A model generated the notes under the pieces. It saw only the letters and a program-made list of their open reading frames with translations. It had not been told where the DNA came from and ran no database searches. 64,000 nucleotides of DNA from an uncultured Bacteroidales bacterium (GTDB taxonomy: Bacteria > Bacteroidota > Bacteroidia > Bacteroidales > UBA932). The DNA lies in the NCBI GenBank assembly GCA_944325445.1, contig CALVAG010000001.1, forward strand, positions 55,652 through 119,651, written 5' to 3'. The position numbers were made by a program, and so were the translations under genes. Below, piece by piece: positions 46,702 to 55,449 of the stretch (positions are counted from its first letter, which is position 1; every line of letters starts with the position of its first letter).

Positions 46702-47628
46702 ATGCGTGATAATCAGCATACTCTAAAGAAAAAATATATATTTTCCGGAAAAGGCCTCCATACGGGCAAAAGCGTGAGAATGACATTGGAGCCTGCCCCT
46801 GCCGGTTTCGGAATAAAATTCAAACGTGTGGATTTGGGTGATGAGGCGGTAATAGATGCCTCGGTAGATTATGTTACCACTACCTCGAGGGGAACTACTT
46901 TGGAGAAAGGAGATGTCAAGATTTCAACTCTGGAACATTTGATGGCCTCTCTTTACGGGCTTAAAGTTGATAATGCCCTTATATGTATAGATTCCCAGGA
47001 GGTGCCCATTCTGGACGGCAGCGCACTCCCATATGTAAGTGAAATTACCAGAGACGGACTGGCCGAACAGGATGCAGGGAGAATCTATTTTACTCCCGCT
47101 TCAAAGATTTGCTACAGGGATGAGCATTCCGGGTCCGAACTGGTAGTGATGCCGGATGATGATTTCAGTATAGACCTGATGATAGATTTTAATTCCAGAG
47201 TGCTCGGAAATCAATATGCAAGATTGACTCCTTCCACCGAATTCGCATCTGAAATAGCTCCATGCAGGACGTTCGTCTTTTTCCATGAGTTGGAGCCCCT
47301 TTTCAAGAATAACCTGATAAAGGGCGGCGATTTGGATAATGCGATAGTGATAGTCGAGCATCCGGTGGCTCAACAGGAGCTGGACAGGCTGGCGACCCTT
47401 TTCAATGCGCAGAGTCTCGAGAGAGCGCCGGAGGGTTATTTGAATCATCTTGAATTGCGTTTTTCGAATGAGTGTGCCCGCCATAAGCTGCTGGATATAA
47501 TGGGAGATTTCTCGCTTATCGGCATGCCCCTTAAAGCCAAGGTAATAGGGTATAAGACCGGGCATAAGATCAATACCAGTGTAGCAAGAATGATAAGAGA
47601 AGCGATAAGAAAAAGTAATAACAATTAA
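46702..47628 (+). CDS. lpxC: UDP-3-O-acyl-N-acetylglucosamine deacetylase (stand-alone)
   Basis: 308 aa with GKGLHTGKSVRMTLEPA, TLEHLMASL, FFHELE and HKLLD. Ends at TAA 47626-47628. Confidence 0.93.
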   Translation: MRDNQHTLKKKYIFSGKGLHTGKSVRMTLEPAPAGFGIKFKRVDLGDEAVIDASVDYVTTTSRGTTLEKGDVKISTLEHLMASLYGLKVDNALICIDSQEVPILDGSALPYVSEITRDGLAEQDAGRIYFTPASKICYRDEHSGSELVVMPDDDFSIDLMIDFNSRVLGNQYARLTPSTEFASEIAPCRTFVFFHELEPLFKNNLIKGGDLDNAIVIVEHPVAQQELDRLATLFNAQSLERAPEGYLNHLELRFSNECARHKLLDIMGDFSLIGMPLKAKVIGYKTGHKINTSVARMIREAIRKSNNN

Positions 47629-47639
47629 AAAAAAGAGCT

Positions 47640-48122
47640 ATGACATTAGAGGATATACCCCATTTCGATCCGAACAAGGCGCCTGTTGTGGATATTAACG
47701 GCATAAAGGAACTTTTACCCCACCGTCCGCCATTTTTGATGGTAGACAGAATAGTGGAGATGGGGGATGATTATGTAGTCGGAATAAAGAATATCGGTAT
47801 AAACGAAGGATTCTTTATAGGCCATTTCCCCGATGAACCTGTCATGCCGGGAGTCCTTATTATCGAGTCGATGGCACAGACAGGAGGAATATTGTGCTTG
47901 CGCCAGGTGGATGAGCCTAAAAAATATTCTACATATTTTGCGAAGATAGACAATACCAAATTCAAGAGGAAAGTGGTGCCGGGGGATACGCTGGTTCTGA
48001 AGTTGATATTGACACAGCCTGTAAGGCACTCCATGGTAAGCATGCACGGTCAGGCGTATGTAGGCGACACGCTTGTGTGCGAAAGCGATATGATAGCCCA
48101 GATTATAAAGAATAAGGAGTAA
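47640..48122 (+). CDS. fabZ: 3-hydroxyacyl-ACP dehydratase (stand-alone)
   Basis: 160 aa with LPHRPPFLMVDRI and GHFPDEPVMPGVLIIESMAQ. Confidence 0.95.
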   Translation: MTLEDIPHFDPNKAPVVDINGIKELLPHRPPFLMVDRIVEMGDDYVVGIKNIGINEGFFIGHFPDEPVMPGVLIIESMAQTGGILCLRQVDEPKKYSTYFAKIDNTKFKRKVVPGDTLVLKLILTQPVRHSMVSMHGQAYVGDTLVCESDMIAQIIKNKE

Positions 48123-48127
48123 GTAAA

Positions 48128-48928
48128 ATGGAGAATAACTCTTTCATACATCCAAACGCCAAGATCGGTGCCAACGTGCAAATCGGCCCTTTTTGCTATA
48201 TAGCAGAGAATGTAGAGATTGGCGATGGCTGCCAGATAGGCCCGCACGCCACTATTTTCGATTATGTGAAAATGGGGAAGAATTGCAAAGTGTTTCCGGG
48301 CGCCGTAATCGGAGCTGTCCCCCAGGATATGAAGTTCCATGGAGAGATAACATATGTGGAGATAGGGGATAACGTTACGATAAGGGAGTGTGCAACGATA
48401 AACAGGGGCACCGAAGCGAGCGGAAAAGGCATTACCAAAATAGGGAACAATACGTTGGTTATGTCCTATGTACATGTGGCGCACGATTGCGTTGTGGGGA
48501 ATAATTGCATATTGGTAAGTTTTGTCGGGCTGGCCGGTGAAACGGACGTGGATGATTATGCAATCATAGGCGGAAGCTCGGCCGCACACCAATTCTCGAA
48601 GATAGGGAAACATGCCATGCTTTCCGGCGGTTCTATGGTCGGGAAGGATGTGCCTCCGTATGCATTGGCAGGAAAACGTCCTTTGTCGTATGTGGGAATC
48701 AATATAGTAGGTTTGAGAAGACGAGGCTTTTCCGTTGAACAGATAGAGAGGATAAGAGATATATACCGGGTAATATACGACAGCGATTTGAATGTTTCGG
48801 ACGCATGCAGAAAGGTGGAGGCAGAGTTCGAGGAGAGTGAGGAAAAGAGGACTATTCTCGATTTTATAGCTTCGTCCAAACGCGGTATCATAAAACGGAA
48901 TCCTACCGTCATTGCAGATGAAGATTGA
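48128..48928 (+). CDS. lpxA: Acyl-ACP--UDP-N-acetylglucosamine O-acyltransferase
   Basis: 266 aa with hexapeptide repeats from the N-terminus and a C-terminal helical domain. Follows fabZ by 5 nt. Confidence 0.95.
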   Translation: MENNSFIHPNAKIGANVQIGPFCYIAENVEIGDGCQIGPHATIFDYVKMGKNCKVFPGAVIGAVPQDMKFHGEITYVEIGDNVTIRECATINRGTEASGKGITKIGNNTLVMSYVHVAHDCVVGNNCILVSFVGLAGETDVDDYAIIGGSSAAHQFSKIGKHAMLSGGSMVGKDVPPYALAGKRPLSYVGINIVGLRRRGFSVEQIERIRDIYRVIYDSDLNVSDACRKVEAEFEESEEKRTILDFIASSKRGIIKRNPTVIADED

Positions 48929-49571
48929 TACGGTATTGCTCTCTACCGCCTATTTCCCGCCGATAGAGTATTTTGCGGCAATTGCAAATGCAGGTGCCGT
49001 GTTGCTTGAAAGGTGCGAAACATTCCAGAAACAATCCTATAGAACCCGTTGCAACATATATGGTGCCAACGGGTTGCTTTCTTTGATAGTTCCTGTAAAG
49101 CGGGACCCTACCCATAAAACAGGAATAGAGAGCGTTGAGATAGATTACAAGACTCCTTGGATTTTGCAGCATAAAAGAGCGATGGAGGCGGCATATATGA
49201 CCACTCCCTTTTTTGAATATTACATGGATGATATCTATGCGCTGCTTGACAGAAAGGAGAGTTCCCTCTTTTCGTTGAATCTCTCTATAATAGAACTCTT
49301 TTCCAATCTTGCAGGAATAACTTGCAACATTTCGCTTACGGAAGAGTATTATAAGGGCGAACGGCTGAAGGATATGGGGATAACGGATTTGAGGGAGCGG
49401 ATACATCCTAAATATAAAGGTATGTCGCTGCTGCAGGAGCTGAAAATAGAAAAGCCTTACTATCAGGTTTTCTCCGACAAGCAAGGCTTTATACCGAATT
49501 TGTCCATGTTGGATCTGCTCTGTAATGAAGGGCCCAATGCCATCTCCTATTTAAAAGCGTATTCCGACTGA
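48912..49571 (+). CDS. WbqC-family protein
   Basis: 219 aa with LLSTAYFPPIEYF, FQKQSYRTRC and PYYQVF. The start may be the Met at 48918. Confidence 0.75.
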   Translation: MQMKIDTVLLSTAYFPPIEYFAAIANAGAVLLERCETFQKQSYRTRCNIYGANGLLSLIVPVKRDPTHKTGIESVEIDYKTPWILQHKRAMEAAYMTTPFFEYYMDDIYALLDRKESSLFSLNLSIIELFSNLAGITCNISLTEEYYKGERLKDMGITDLRERIHPKYKGMSLLQELKIEKPYYQVFSDKQGFIPNLSMLDLLCNEGPNAISYLKAYSD

Positions 49572-51116
49572 TACAAGCAATTTCCAATTCATATATCTGT
49601 TTGTCCCGACAGGTGCAGCTTCAATGCCGTCGCTATATATTATATCATCGTATAGCGAGAAGTTTTCGCTGCTCTTTTTCAGTCTCTGCTGATATGTGGC
49701 GTCGATGAACAGGCCGCTCTCTCCGACGTATCCTATACCTACAGATCCGATTTGCGTCTTGAGATCGTCGTATCTGTATCCTTCGTTATAGTATTGGTAG
49801 CCTGCCCTGAGTGCAAATTGGGGCGTAAGGTGCAATTCCGCACCGGCCCTGAAAATGTCGGCTGTTGCAAAGTCATTGCTTATGGCCATGTTGTCTTCGG
49901 AGAAATAGCCCGGATAGTCGTAATCGGTAAGTTTCATTTTTGAGTAGTTTACACTCTCGTAATCTACGCTGACAGCGGCAAAATGCCCTATCGTATATGC
50001 CACTCCGACATTCCATCTGAACGGGGTATTCAGTCTGTAGTCATATTGTCCCAAGGGTGAAAGCAGATCCTGTGAATATCCGTCGTTGAAGCTGGATGTC
50101 ACTCTCTCTTCCCACTCTTCCGTAAGGTAGAGCCATGTAGGGGTGGAGATGCTGGCACCGATTCTCAGCCCCTTGAAAGGCAGATATATTATGCCTGCTT
50201 TGAGATTTACACCGGTTCCAGATGTCTTTTGTCTGTAATGACGTGTAAATGATTGGAATCCAGAATCGAAATTACGGGAATCGACAGCGCTCTCGGAATA
50301 GGATTCGTTATAGTTGTACCATACGTTTACAATGCCGAGGTTTACACCGAAATAGAATTTGTTGGAGATGTTTCCTCCGAAATTGAGTACAGCCTCGGAG
50401 ATATTTCCTGTCTGCTCGCGTACATAGTATTGATTGACAGGTCCTCCCATACTTATATTGTATCCGTTGAGATTCTCTGTGGCCGCATAGTAATCATATC
50501 CTGAATCCGGCAGAGTATCCAGAAGGGAGGTGTTCCATGCCAAAATGGATTGCCATGATGCGTTTGTATTGAAAAACGGGTCCGAAGTGGGGTTCATATC
50601 CAAATTGGTAGCATGCAGTCCGTTCAATCCCTGTGCGATGCTCTGCAGGTAGCTGCTTCCGGCAGATGTGCCTTGCGCGCTCATCCTGTCGGTGAAATTA
50701 TTGGTCTTATTGAAAACCAGAGACAGATTCCAGCTTACAAGACCTCTGCTTTGTCTTGTATTGAATGTAGATACGAATCCGAAGTTGGGGACTCCGAACC
50801 TTGTCTTGCCGGTACTGGTTCTGGTGCCAAGGTAATCTGTCCGGTTATCTGCTACTGTTATTGAAGGAGTGAAAATGAACTCGTTGTATGTATAGACTCC
50901 CGATGCTGCCGGATTTATCGATATGGCTCCCATATCTCCTCCGAGAGCGACCATGGCATTACCCATTGCCACGCTTCTGGCTGTCCCTTCATTGAACTGT
51001 TGGGAGTATCTGTATGCATCCCACATGTTCTGACCGTAAACAGGTGCGGCTGCAGAACCCGCCAGGAAGGCAAGCATGACAGCCATGACTGTTTTCATGC
51101 GTCTGTTTTGTCTCAT
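49551..51116 (-). CDS. FadL/PorV-like outer-membrane beta-barrel protein
   Basis: 521 aa with signal peptide AFLAGSAAAPVYGQ and the N-terminal hatch-type motif GTARSVAMGNAMVALGGD. It has Gly/Tyr/Asn-rich alternating strands and a terminal aromatic (VSVGIRF). The start may be the Met at 51098. Confidence 0.7.
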   Translation of the reverse strand: MRQNRRMKTVMAVMLAFLAGSAAAPVYGQNMWDAYRYSQQFNEGTARSVAMGNAMVALGGDMGAISINPAASGVYTYNEFIFTPSITVADNRTDYLGTRTSTGKTRFGVPNFGFVSTFNTRQSRGLVSWNLSLVFNKTNNFTDRMSAQGTSAGSSYLQSIAQGLNGLHATNLDMNPTSDPFFNTNASWQSILAWNTSLLDTLPDSGYDYYAATENLNGYNISMGGPVNQYYVREQTGNISEAVLNFGGNISNKFYFGVNLGIVNVWYNYNESYSESAVDSRNFDSGFQSFTRHYRQKTSGTGVNLKAGIIYLPFKGLRIGASISTPTWLYLTEEWEERVTSSFNDGYSQDLLSPLGQYDYRLNTPFRWNVGVAYTIGHFAAVSVDYESVNYSKMKLTDYDYPGYFSEDNMAISNDFATADIFRAGAELHLTPQFALRAGYQYYNEGYRYDDLKTQIGSVGIGYVGESGLFIDATYQQRLKKSSENFSLYDDIIYSDGIEAAPVGTNRYMNWKLLVSVGIRF

Positions 51117-51149
51117 ATCTTTTTCTTTTTTGCAATTACATAATTATTA

Positions 51150-52142
51150 TTATCTCCGGTATGAAGAGCCGCCTGAACGGGATGCTCCGCCGGAATATCC
51201 GCTTCCGGAACTTCTTCCGCTTGAGAAGCTGCCGCTGCTGCTGCGTGAAACGCTGTACGATGAGTTGTAGCTGTTCTCACTGTTTCTGCTTCTGCTGTAA
51301 GAGGTACTTCTGCGCTGACTCTGGGTCCTGCCGCTATTGTAATAATTCTGGCTCTGAGTTCCTGAAGAACTGTTGTAATTGGTCGTCACATGAGCTCTTC
51401 TGTATGTGCTTCCGCTTTTCGTTCCGCTATTGGAATTCAGATTGTAGTTCCCGTAACCGTTGTTTGTGGCGGGATAGTTCCTTCTGTAGGAAGAGCCGTT
51501 GTTCCGCGAACCGTATATCGTATTGTTGTATGATGGCGATGAATCTCTTCTTCCGTAGTAGATATCCCTTGCAGGATAGTGGTGGTGCGGCCAATATCCG
51601 TGTCCGTGCCACCATGGATCAGACCACCATCCGTAATAGTGGTAGTGATACCATGGAGTGGGCCAGTACCAGTCCCAATACCATGACCATGACGGGCTGC
51701 CGTACCAGTGCCAGTATGGATCCCCGAACCAGTACGAGGCATAATAACCTCCCCAATACGGGTTGTACCAGCCTGTTCCCCAATACCATGCAGGACGGTG
51801 CCAATAATTGTCGTACCATAAGTCATCCAAATCTATATTGTACACATAGACAGGAGAGTCGAATTTTCTCAATCTCGATTCGTAGCTCTCACCGTCTGTC
51901 AGGTAGTATGTATTGTCTGTATTTCCGTACTCATTGATGTTGATGACAGAGGCGTTCGTTTCGTTTTGCAACTGTGCCAGCCTTTCGTTTTCCCTTGCCT
52001 GATAGAGGGCATCTTTCTCCTGAGGCGTAACATATATGCCGTTGGTGAATCTGCCGGAAGTTTGTTGCGACACAAAGAGTGAACTGCACCCCGAAAAGAG
52101 AAAAATCGCTGGAACCAATATAAATAAAGTTCTGTTTTTCAT
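51150..52142 (-). CDS. Lipoprotein with an extreme Trp/Tyr/His-rich central block and a Ser/Asn/Arg/Gly/Tyr-rich C-terminal tail; function unknown
   Basis: 330 aa ORF with lipobox IFLFSGC (Cys19). A canonical SD, GGGAGGTG, ends 4 nt upstream of the ATG. Same strand as the barrel gene and 33 nt upstream of it. See findings for composition. Confidence 0.6.
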   Translation of the reverse strand: MKNRTLFILVPAIFLFSGCSSLFVSQQTSGRFTNGIYVTPQEKDALYQARENERLAQLQNETNASVININEYGNTDNTYYLTDGESYESRLRKFDSPVYVYNIDLDDLWYDNYWHRPAWYWGTGWYNPYWGGYYASYWFGDPYWHWYGSPSWSWYWDWYWPTPWYHYHYYGWWSDPWWHGHGYWPHHHYPARDIYYGRRDSSPSYNNTIYGSRNNGSSYRRNYPATNNGYGNYNLNSNSGTKSGSTYRRAHVTTNYNSSSGTQSQNYYNSGRTQSQRRSTSYSRSRNSENSYNSSYSVSRSSSGSFSSGRSSGSGYSGGASRSGGSSYRR

Positions 52143-52146
52143 TTTT

Positions 52147-52154
52147 CACCTCCC
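52147..52154 (-). promoter_or_regulatory. Canonical Shine-Dalgarno GGGAGGTG for the Trp/Tyr-rich lipoprotein gene
   Basis: The plus strand reads cacctccc. On the minus strand this is GGGAGGTG, followed by AAAA and then ATG (52142). Confidence 0.6.
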
Positions 52155-52171
52155 ATTTTTAATTTATTTAT

Positions 52172-52179
52172 TATTTTTG
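52172..52179 (+). promoter_or_regulatory. -7 box TATTTTTG for proS
   Basis: Exact match, 71 nt upstream of ATG 52250. Confidence 0.45.
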
Positions 52180-52190
52180 CCATTCGAAAA

Positions 52191-52198
52191 CAAAAGTA
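52191..52198 (-). promoter_or_regulatory. -7 box TACTTTTG for the Trp/Tyr-rich lipoprotein / FadL-like barrel unit
   Basis: Exact match on the minus strand, 49 nt upstream of ATG 52142. Confidence 0.5.
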
Positions 52199-52249
52199 TC
52201 AAAAATTATTCCAAAATAGTACATATTTAGACCAAGGATTTTACATAAA

Positions 52250-53728
52250 ATGGCAAAAGAGGTAACAAATAAAGAGGAAAATTATTCACAGTGGTATAAT
52301 AATTTGGTTGTCAAGGCAGATTTGGCCGAAAATTCGGCGGTAAGGGGATGTATGGTAATCAAACCCTACGGATATGCCATTTGGGAAAAGATGCAACACC
52401 TTATGGATAAAATGTTTAAAGATACGGGACATCAGAATGCATACTTCCCGCTCTTTATTCCCAAATCTTTTCTCAGCAAGGAGGCCGAACATGTCGAGGG
52501 CTTTGCGAAGGAGTGTGCTGTGGTGACCCATCACAGACTGATGCTCAATCCGAACGGTCCCGGAGTAGTAGTCGATCCCGAGGCCAAATTGGAGGAGGAG
52601 CTGGTTGTAAGGCCTACCTCTGAGACCATAATCTGGAATACGTATAAGAACTGGATAACTTCATACCGCGATCTTCCCATTTTGTGCAACCAATGGGCCA
52701 ACGTCGTAAGATGGGAGATGCGTACAAGGCTGTTTTTGAGAACGGCGGAGTTTTTATGGCAGGAGGGTCATACTGCACATGCCACCAGGGAGGAGGCTAT
52801 GGAGGAGACCGAAAAAATGGTGCAGGTGTATGCGAAATTCGCCCGCGACTATATGGCACTGCCTGTCATAGTGGGCAAAAAAACGGAGAGCGAGAAGTTT
52901 GCCGGAGCGGTAGATACTCTTTGTATCGAGGCGATGATGCAGGACGGCAAAGCTCTTCAGGCCGGTACTTCGCATTTTCTCGGACAGAATTTTGCAAAGG
53001 CGTTCGATGTGAAATATACTACGAAGGAGGGAACTCAGGAGTATGTATGGGCAACTTCCTGGGGAACGTCTACCAGACTTATGGGAGCATTGATAATGGC
53101 GCATGGCGACAATAACGGTCTGGTCCTTCCTCCCAAACTTGCCCCTATCCATGTGGTTATGGTCCCGATATTCAAGACCGACGAGGAGCATGCCGCAATA
53201 ATCGCTGTGATGGAGGCTCTTGCAGAGAAGCTGAAGGCGGCGTCTCTTTCTGTAAAGATAGATGACAGAGACAATGTGAGAAGCGGTTTCAAATATGCGG
53301 AATGGGAGCTCAAGGGCGTACCTGTAAGGATATCGATAGGCCCAAGGGATCTGCAGAACGGTACTGTAGAGATAGCAAGGCGGGATACCCTTGCAAAGGA
53401 GTTCGTAAATGCCGATGCCGCGGCAGGCAGGATTGTTGACCTTATGGATGAGATCCAGAATAATATTTACAACAAGGCACTTAAATTCAGAGAGGAAAAT
53501 ACCTATGTCGTGGATACGTGGGATGACTTCAAGGAGAAGATAGAGAAAGGAGGTTTCCTGCTGTGCCATTGGGACGGGACAAGAGAGACAGAAGAGAAGA
53601 TAAAAGAGCTTACGAAAGCCACGATAAGGTGCATCCCTATGGATACGGACGTTATGAAGGAGGAGGGCAAGTGCGTATATTCCGGAAAGCCGTCAAAACA
53701 GAGGGTCATTTTTGCAAGGTCATACTGA
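52250..53728 (+). CDS. proS: Prolyl-tRNA synthetase (archaeal/eukaryote-like type)
   Basis: 492 aa with [37 protein letters not shown] and C-terminal FARSY. Confidence 0.97.
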   Translation: MAKEVTNKEENYSQWYNNLVVKADLAENSAVRGCMVIKPYGYAIWEKMQHLMDKMFKDTGHQNAYFPLFIPKSFLSKEAEHVEGFAKECAVVTHHRLMLNPNGPGVVVDPEAKLEEELVVRPTSETIIWNTYKNWITSYRDLPILCNQWANVVRWEMRTRLFLRTAEFLWQEGHTAHATREEAMEETEKMVQVYAKFARDYMALPVIVGKKTESEKFAGAVDTLCIEAMMQDGKALQAGTSHFLGQNFAKAFDVKYTTKEGTQEYVWATSWGTSTRLMGALIMAHGDNNGLVLPPKLAPIHVVMVPIFKTDEEHAAIIAVMEALAEKLKAASLSVKIDDRDNVRSGFKYAEWELKGVPVRISIGPRDLQNGTVEIARRDTLAKEFVNADAAAGRIVDLMDEIQNNIYNKALKFREENTYVVDTWDDFKEKIEKGGFLLCHWDGTRETEEKIKELTKATIRCIPMDTDVMKEEGKCVYSGKPSKQRVIFARSY

Positions 53729-53749
53729 TAATCTATAATTGGAACCTAT

Positions 53750-54451
53750 ATGGGACTGGATCAGCAGATATTAAAGACATTGAATGAAAAGGCCACGGTA
53801 AAGGCTTCGATTTTCGAACGCTGTCTCGATTTGTTCAATCAGCTCAAGGATGTTCTCAGTGAATTGAGCAACGATTTCAACGAACTTCTGGAGACATCGG
53901 AAGGCAATACCAACAAAAGGGTCAGATTGGAATATAGGGATAAGGGCAAATTCGAGGCGGAGCTTAAATTTGCAGATGATGTCCTTGTATTCAGCATGCA
54001 TACGGATATATTCCAGTTCGACAGGGACCATGCGATATGGAAGAATCCTTATGCAAAGGAGAATAAACTCAATACATATTGCGGTGTCGTAAGCGTGTAT
54101 AATTTTCTGTCCGACTCATTCAAATATAACAGGAATGATGATTTGGGATATCTGGTGGCGAGAATGTTTATAAATCGCGAAAATTACTTTTTCATAGAGG
54201 GTAAACGTCAAAAAAGGCATCAGACCTCCGCATTCGGAAAATATAAGATTACCAAGGAGGAACTTATAGCCTTTGTGCAGTCCGCCATGCTCTATACGCT
54301 GGAGTTCGATTTGCTTGTACCTCCTTACGATTTGGTAAAAGTGGTAACCGTAGATCAGATCAACACGAAAATTGAAAATTCAAAAATGAAAACTGGCAAA
54401 CGGATGGGTTATAAGTATAATTCAGACGATGTGCTTGAAGAGGGTGAATAG
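53750..54451 (+). CDS. Hypothetical cytoplasmic protein, no family recognised
   Basis: 233 aa ORF with ordinary composition and no signal peptide. Tightly packed: 21 nt after proS, and the next gene starts at the base after its stop. Confidence 0.55.
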   Translation: MGLDQQILKTLNEKATVKASIFERCLDLFNQLKDVLSELSNDFNELLETSEGNTNKRVRLEYRDKGKFEAELKFADDVLVFSMHTDIFQFDRDHAIWKNPYAKENKLNTYCGVVSVYNFLSDSFKYNRNDDLGYLVARMFINRENYFFIEGKRQKRHQTSAFGKYKITKEELIAFVQSAMLYTLEFDLLVPPYDLVKVVTVDQINTKIENSKMKTGKRMGYKYNSDDVLEEGE

Positions 54452-55447
54452 ATGAAATCGTTGAGAAAATCAGTATTGTCGATAATCTTCTCTTTTACGG
54501 TTTTTGCTTTATCGGCACAGGTAGACACCGTTTCTGTTGTTGAGCAGCCGTTAAGCAGAGAGCAGGAGCTGTGCCGTATCATAGGTGCGGAATTTCCTGT
54601 CCCGGTAGTGAATTATACTCCTGTCACCCCACCCAAATTCTGGAAAAAAGGCGCTCTTACAGAGTTGGGCTTCTCTCAGGTGTCGCTTACCAACTGGGCT
54701 GCCGGAGGATCTGGGTCGGTCGCTTTCAACGCGCACATAAATGCCCATATAAATTATGAGAAAGGGAGCATTTTCTGGGAAAACCGCGGGCAGTTCTCCT
54801 ATGGTTTTGTGCAGTCATTCGAAGACGGATATAGAAAAAGCGACGATAAACTCATATTGGACAGTAAGTTCGGATTGCAGGCGTATGACAATCTCTATTT
54901 TTCTTCAGTATTTAATTTTACTTCGCAGTTCTCTCCGGGTTTCGAGTATTCCGATGACGGCGCTTCTACGATGGTTTCAAAGTTTTTTGCACCTGCAACC
55001 GTTACGTTGGGTCTCGGTATCGACTATAAGTTGAAAAACAATCTGCTCTCGTTGAACTTCGCTCCGCTGACGGGCAATATAGTGGTCGTGACAGACAAGG
55101 AATTGAGGACAAAATACGGAAACAAGGAGGATCAGACGACGCGTTTCGAATTCGGTGCCCAGCTAAAGGCTACTTTCAACTATTCTCCATTCGATAATTT
55201 GAAGTTGAACTCGACTTTGAACCTCTTTTCGGATTATCTCGACAAGCCGCAGAATATTCAGGTAAAGTGGGATTTTCAGGCGGATTTCAGAATAAATAAA
55301 TTTCTGACCTCTTCATTGAGAACGAATCTCATATATGACGATAAAGTGCTGATAGCAGATAAAAACGGCCATTCTGCACCGAGAGTCCAGTTTAAGGAGG
55401 TGCTCAGCCTGTCATTTTCATATACGTTCGGAGAGTTTAAAAAATAA
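54452..55447 (+). CDS. DUF3078-family outer-membrane protein
   Basis: 331 aa with a signal peptide, LGFSQVSLTNWAAGGSGSVAFNAH and a beta-strand pattern. Confidence 0.7.
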   Translation: MKSLRKSVLSIIFSFTVFALSAQVDTVSVVEQPLSREQELCRIIGAEFPVPVVNYTPVTPPKFWKKGALTELGFSQVSLTNWAAGGSGSVAFNAHINAHINYEKGSIFWENRGQFSYGFVQSFEDGYRKSDDKLILDSKFGLQAYDNLYFSSVFNFTSQFSPGFEYSDDGASTMVSKFFAPATVTLGLGIDYKLKNNLLSLNFAPLTGNIVVVTDKELRTKYGNKEDQTTRFEFGAQLKATFNYSPFDNLKLNSTLNLFSDYLDKPQNIQVKWDFQADFRINKFLTSSLRTNLIYDDKVLIADKNGHSAPRVQFKEVLSLSFSYTFGEFKK

Positions 55448-55449
55448 TT

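Noticed and set aside
47619-47642. The idea that lpxC/fabZ is a frameshifted pseudogene of a fused bifunctional gene, with slippage in the A8 run.
   Set aside because: The A-run lies after the lpxC stop codon begins. The fabZ frame has its own stop at 47619-47621 and its own ATG at 47640. Both products are full length with intact motifs.
48050-49484. 187-aa and 191-aa minus-strand ORFs.
   Set aside because: They are antisense to lpxA and the WbqC-family gene. Their composition is His/Arg/Tyr/Ile-rich with no motifs.
51161-51937. 258-aa plus-strand ORF opposite the Trp/Tyr-rich gene; also the question of whether the periodic DNA here is a non-coding tandem repeat or CRISPR-like array.
   Set aside because: The plus-strand product is Cys/Arg/Ser-rich junk with no start signals. 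The minus frame has a promoter box, a perfect SD, a lipoprotein signal and co-orientation with the downstream barrel. The DNA periodicity is imperfect and codon-level (TGG/TAY), not repeat-spacer organised.
52754-53569. 271-aa minus-strand ORF.
   Set aside because: It is antisense to proS.
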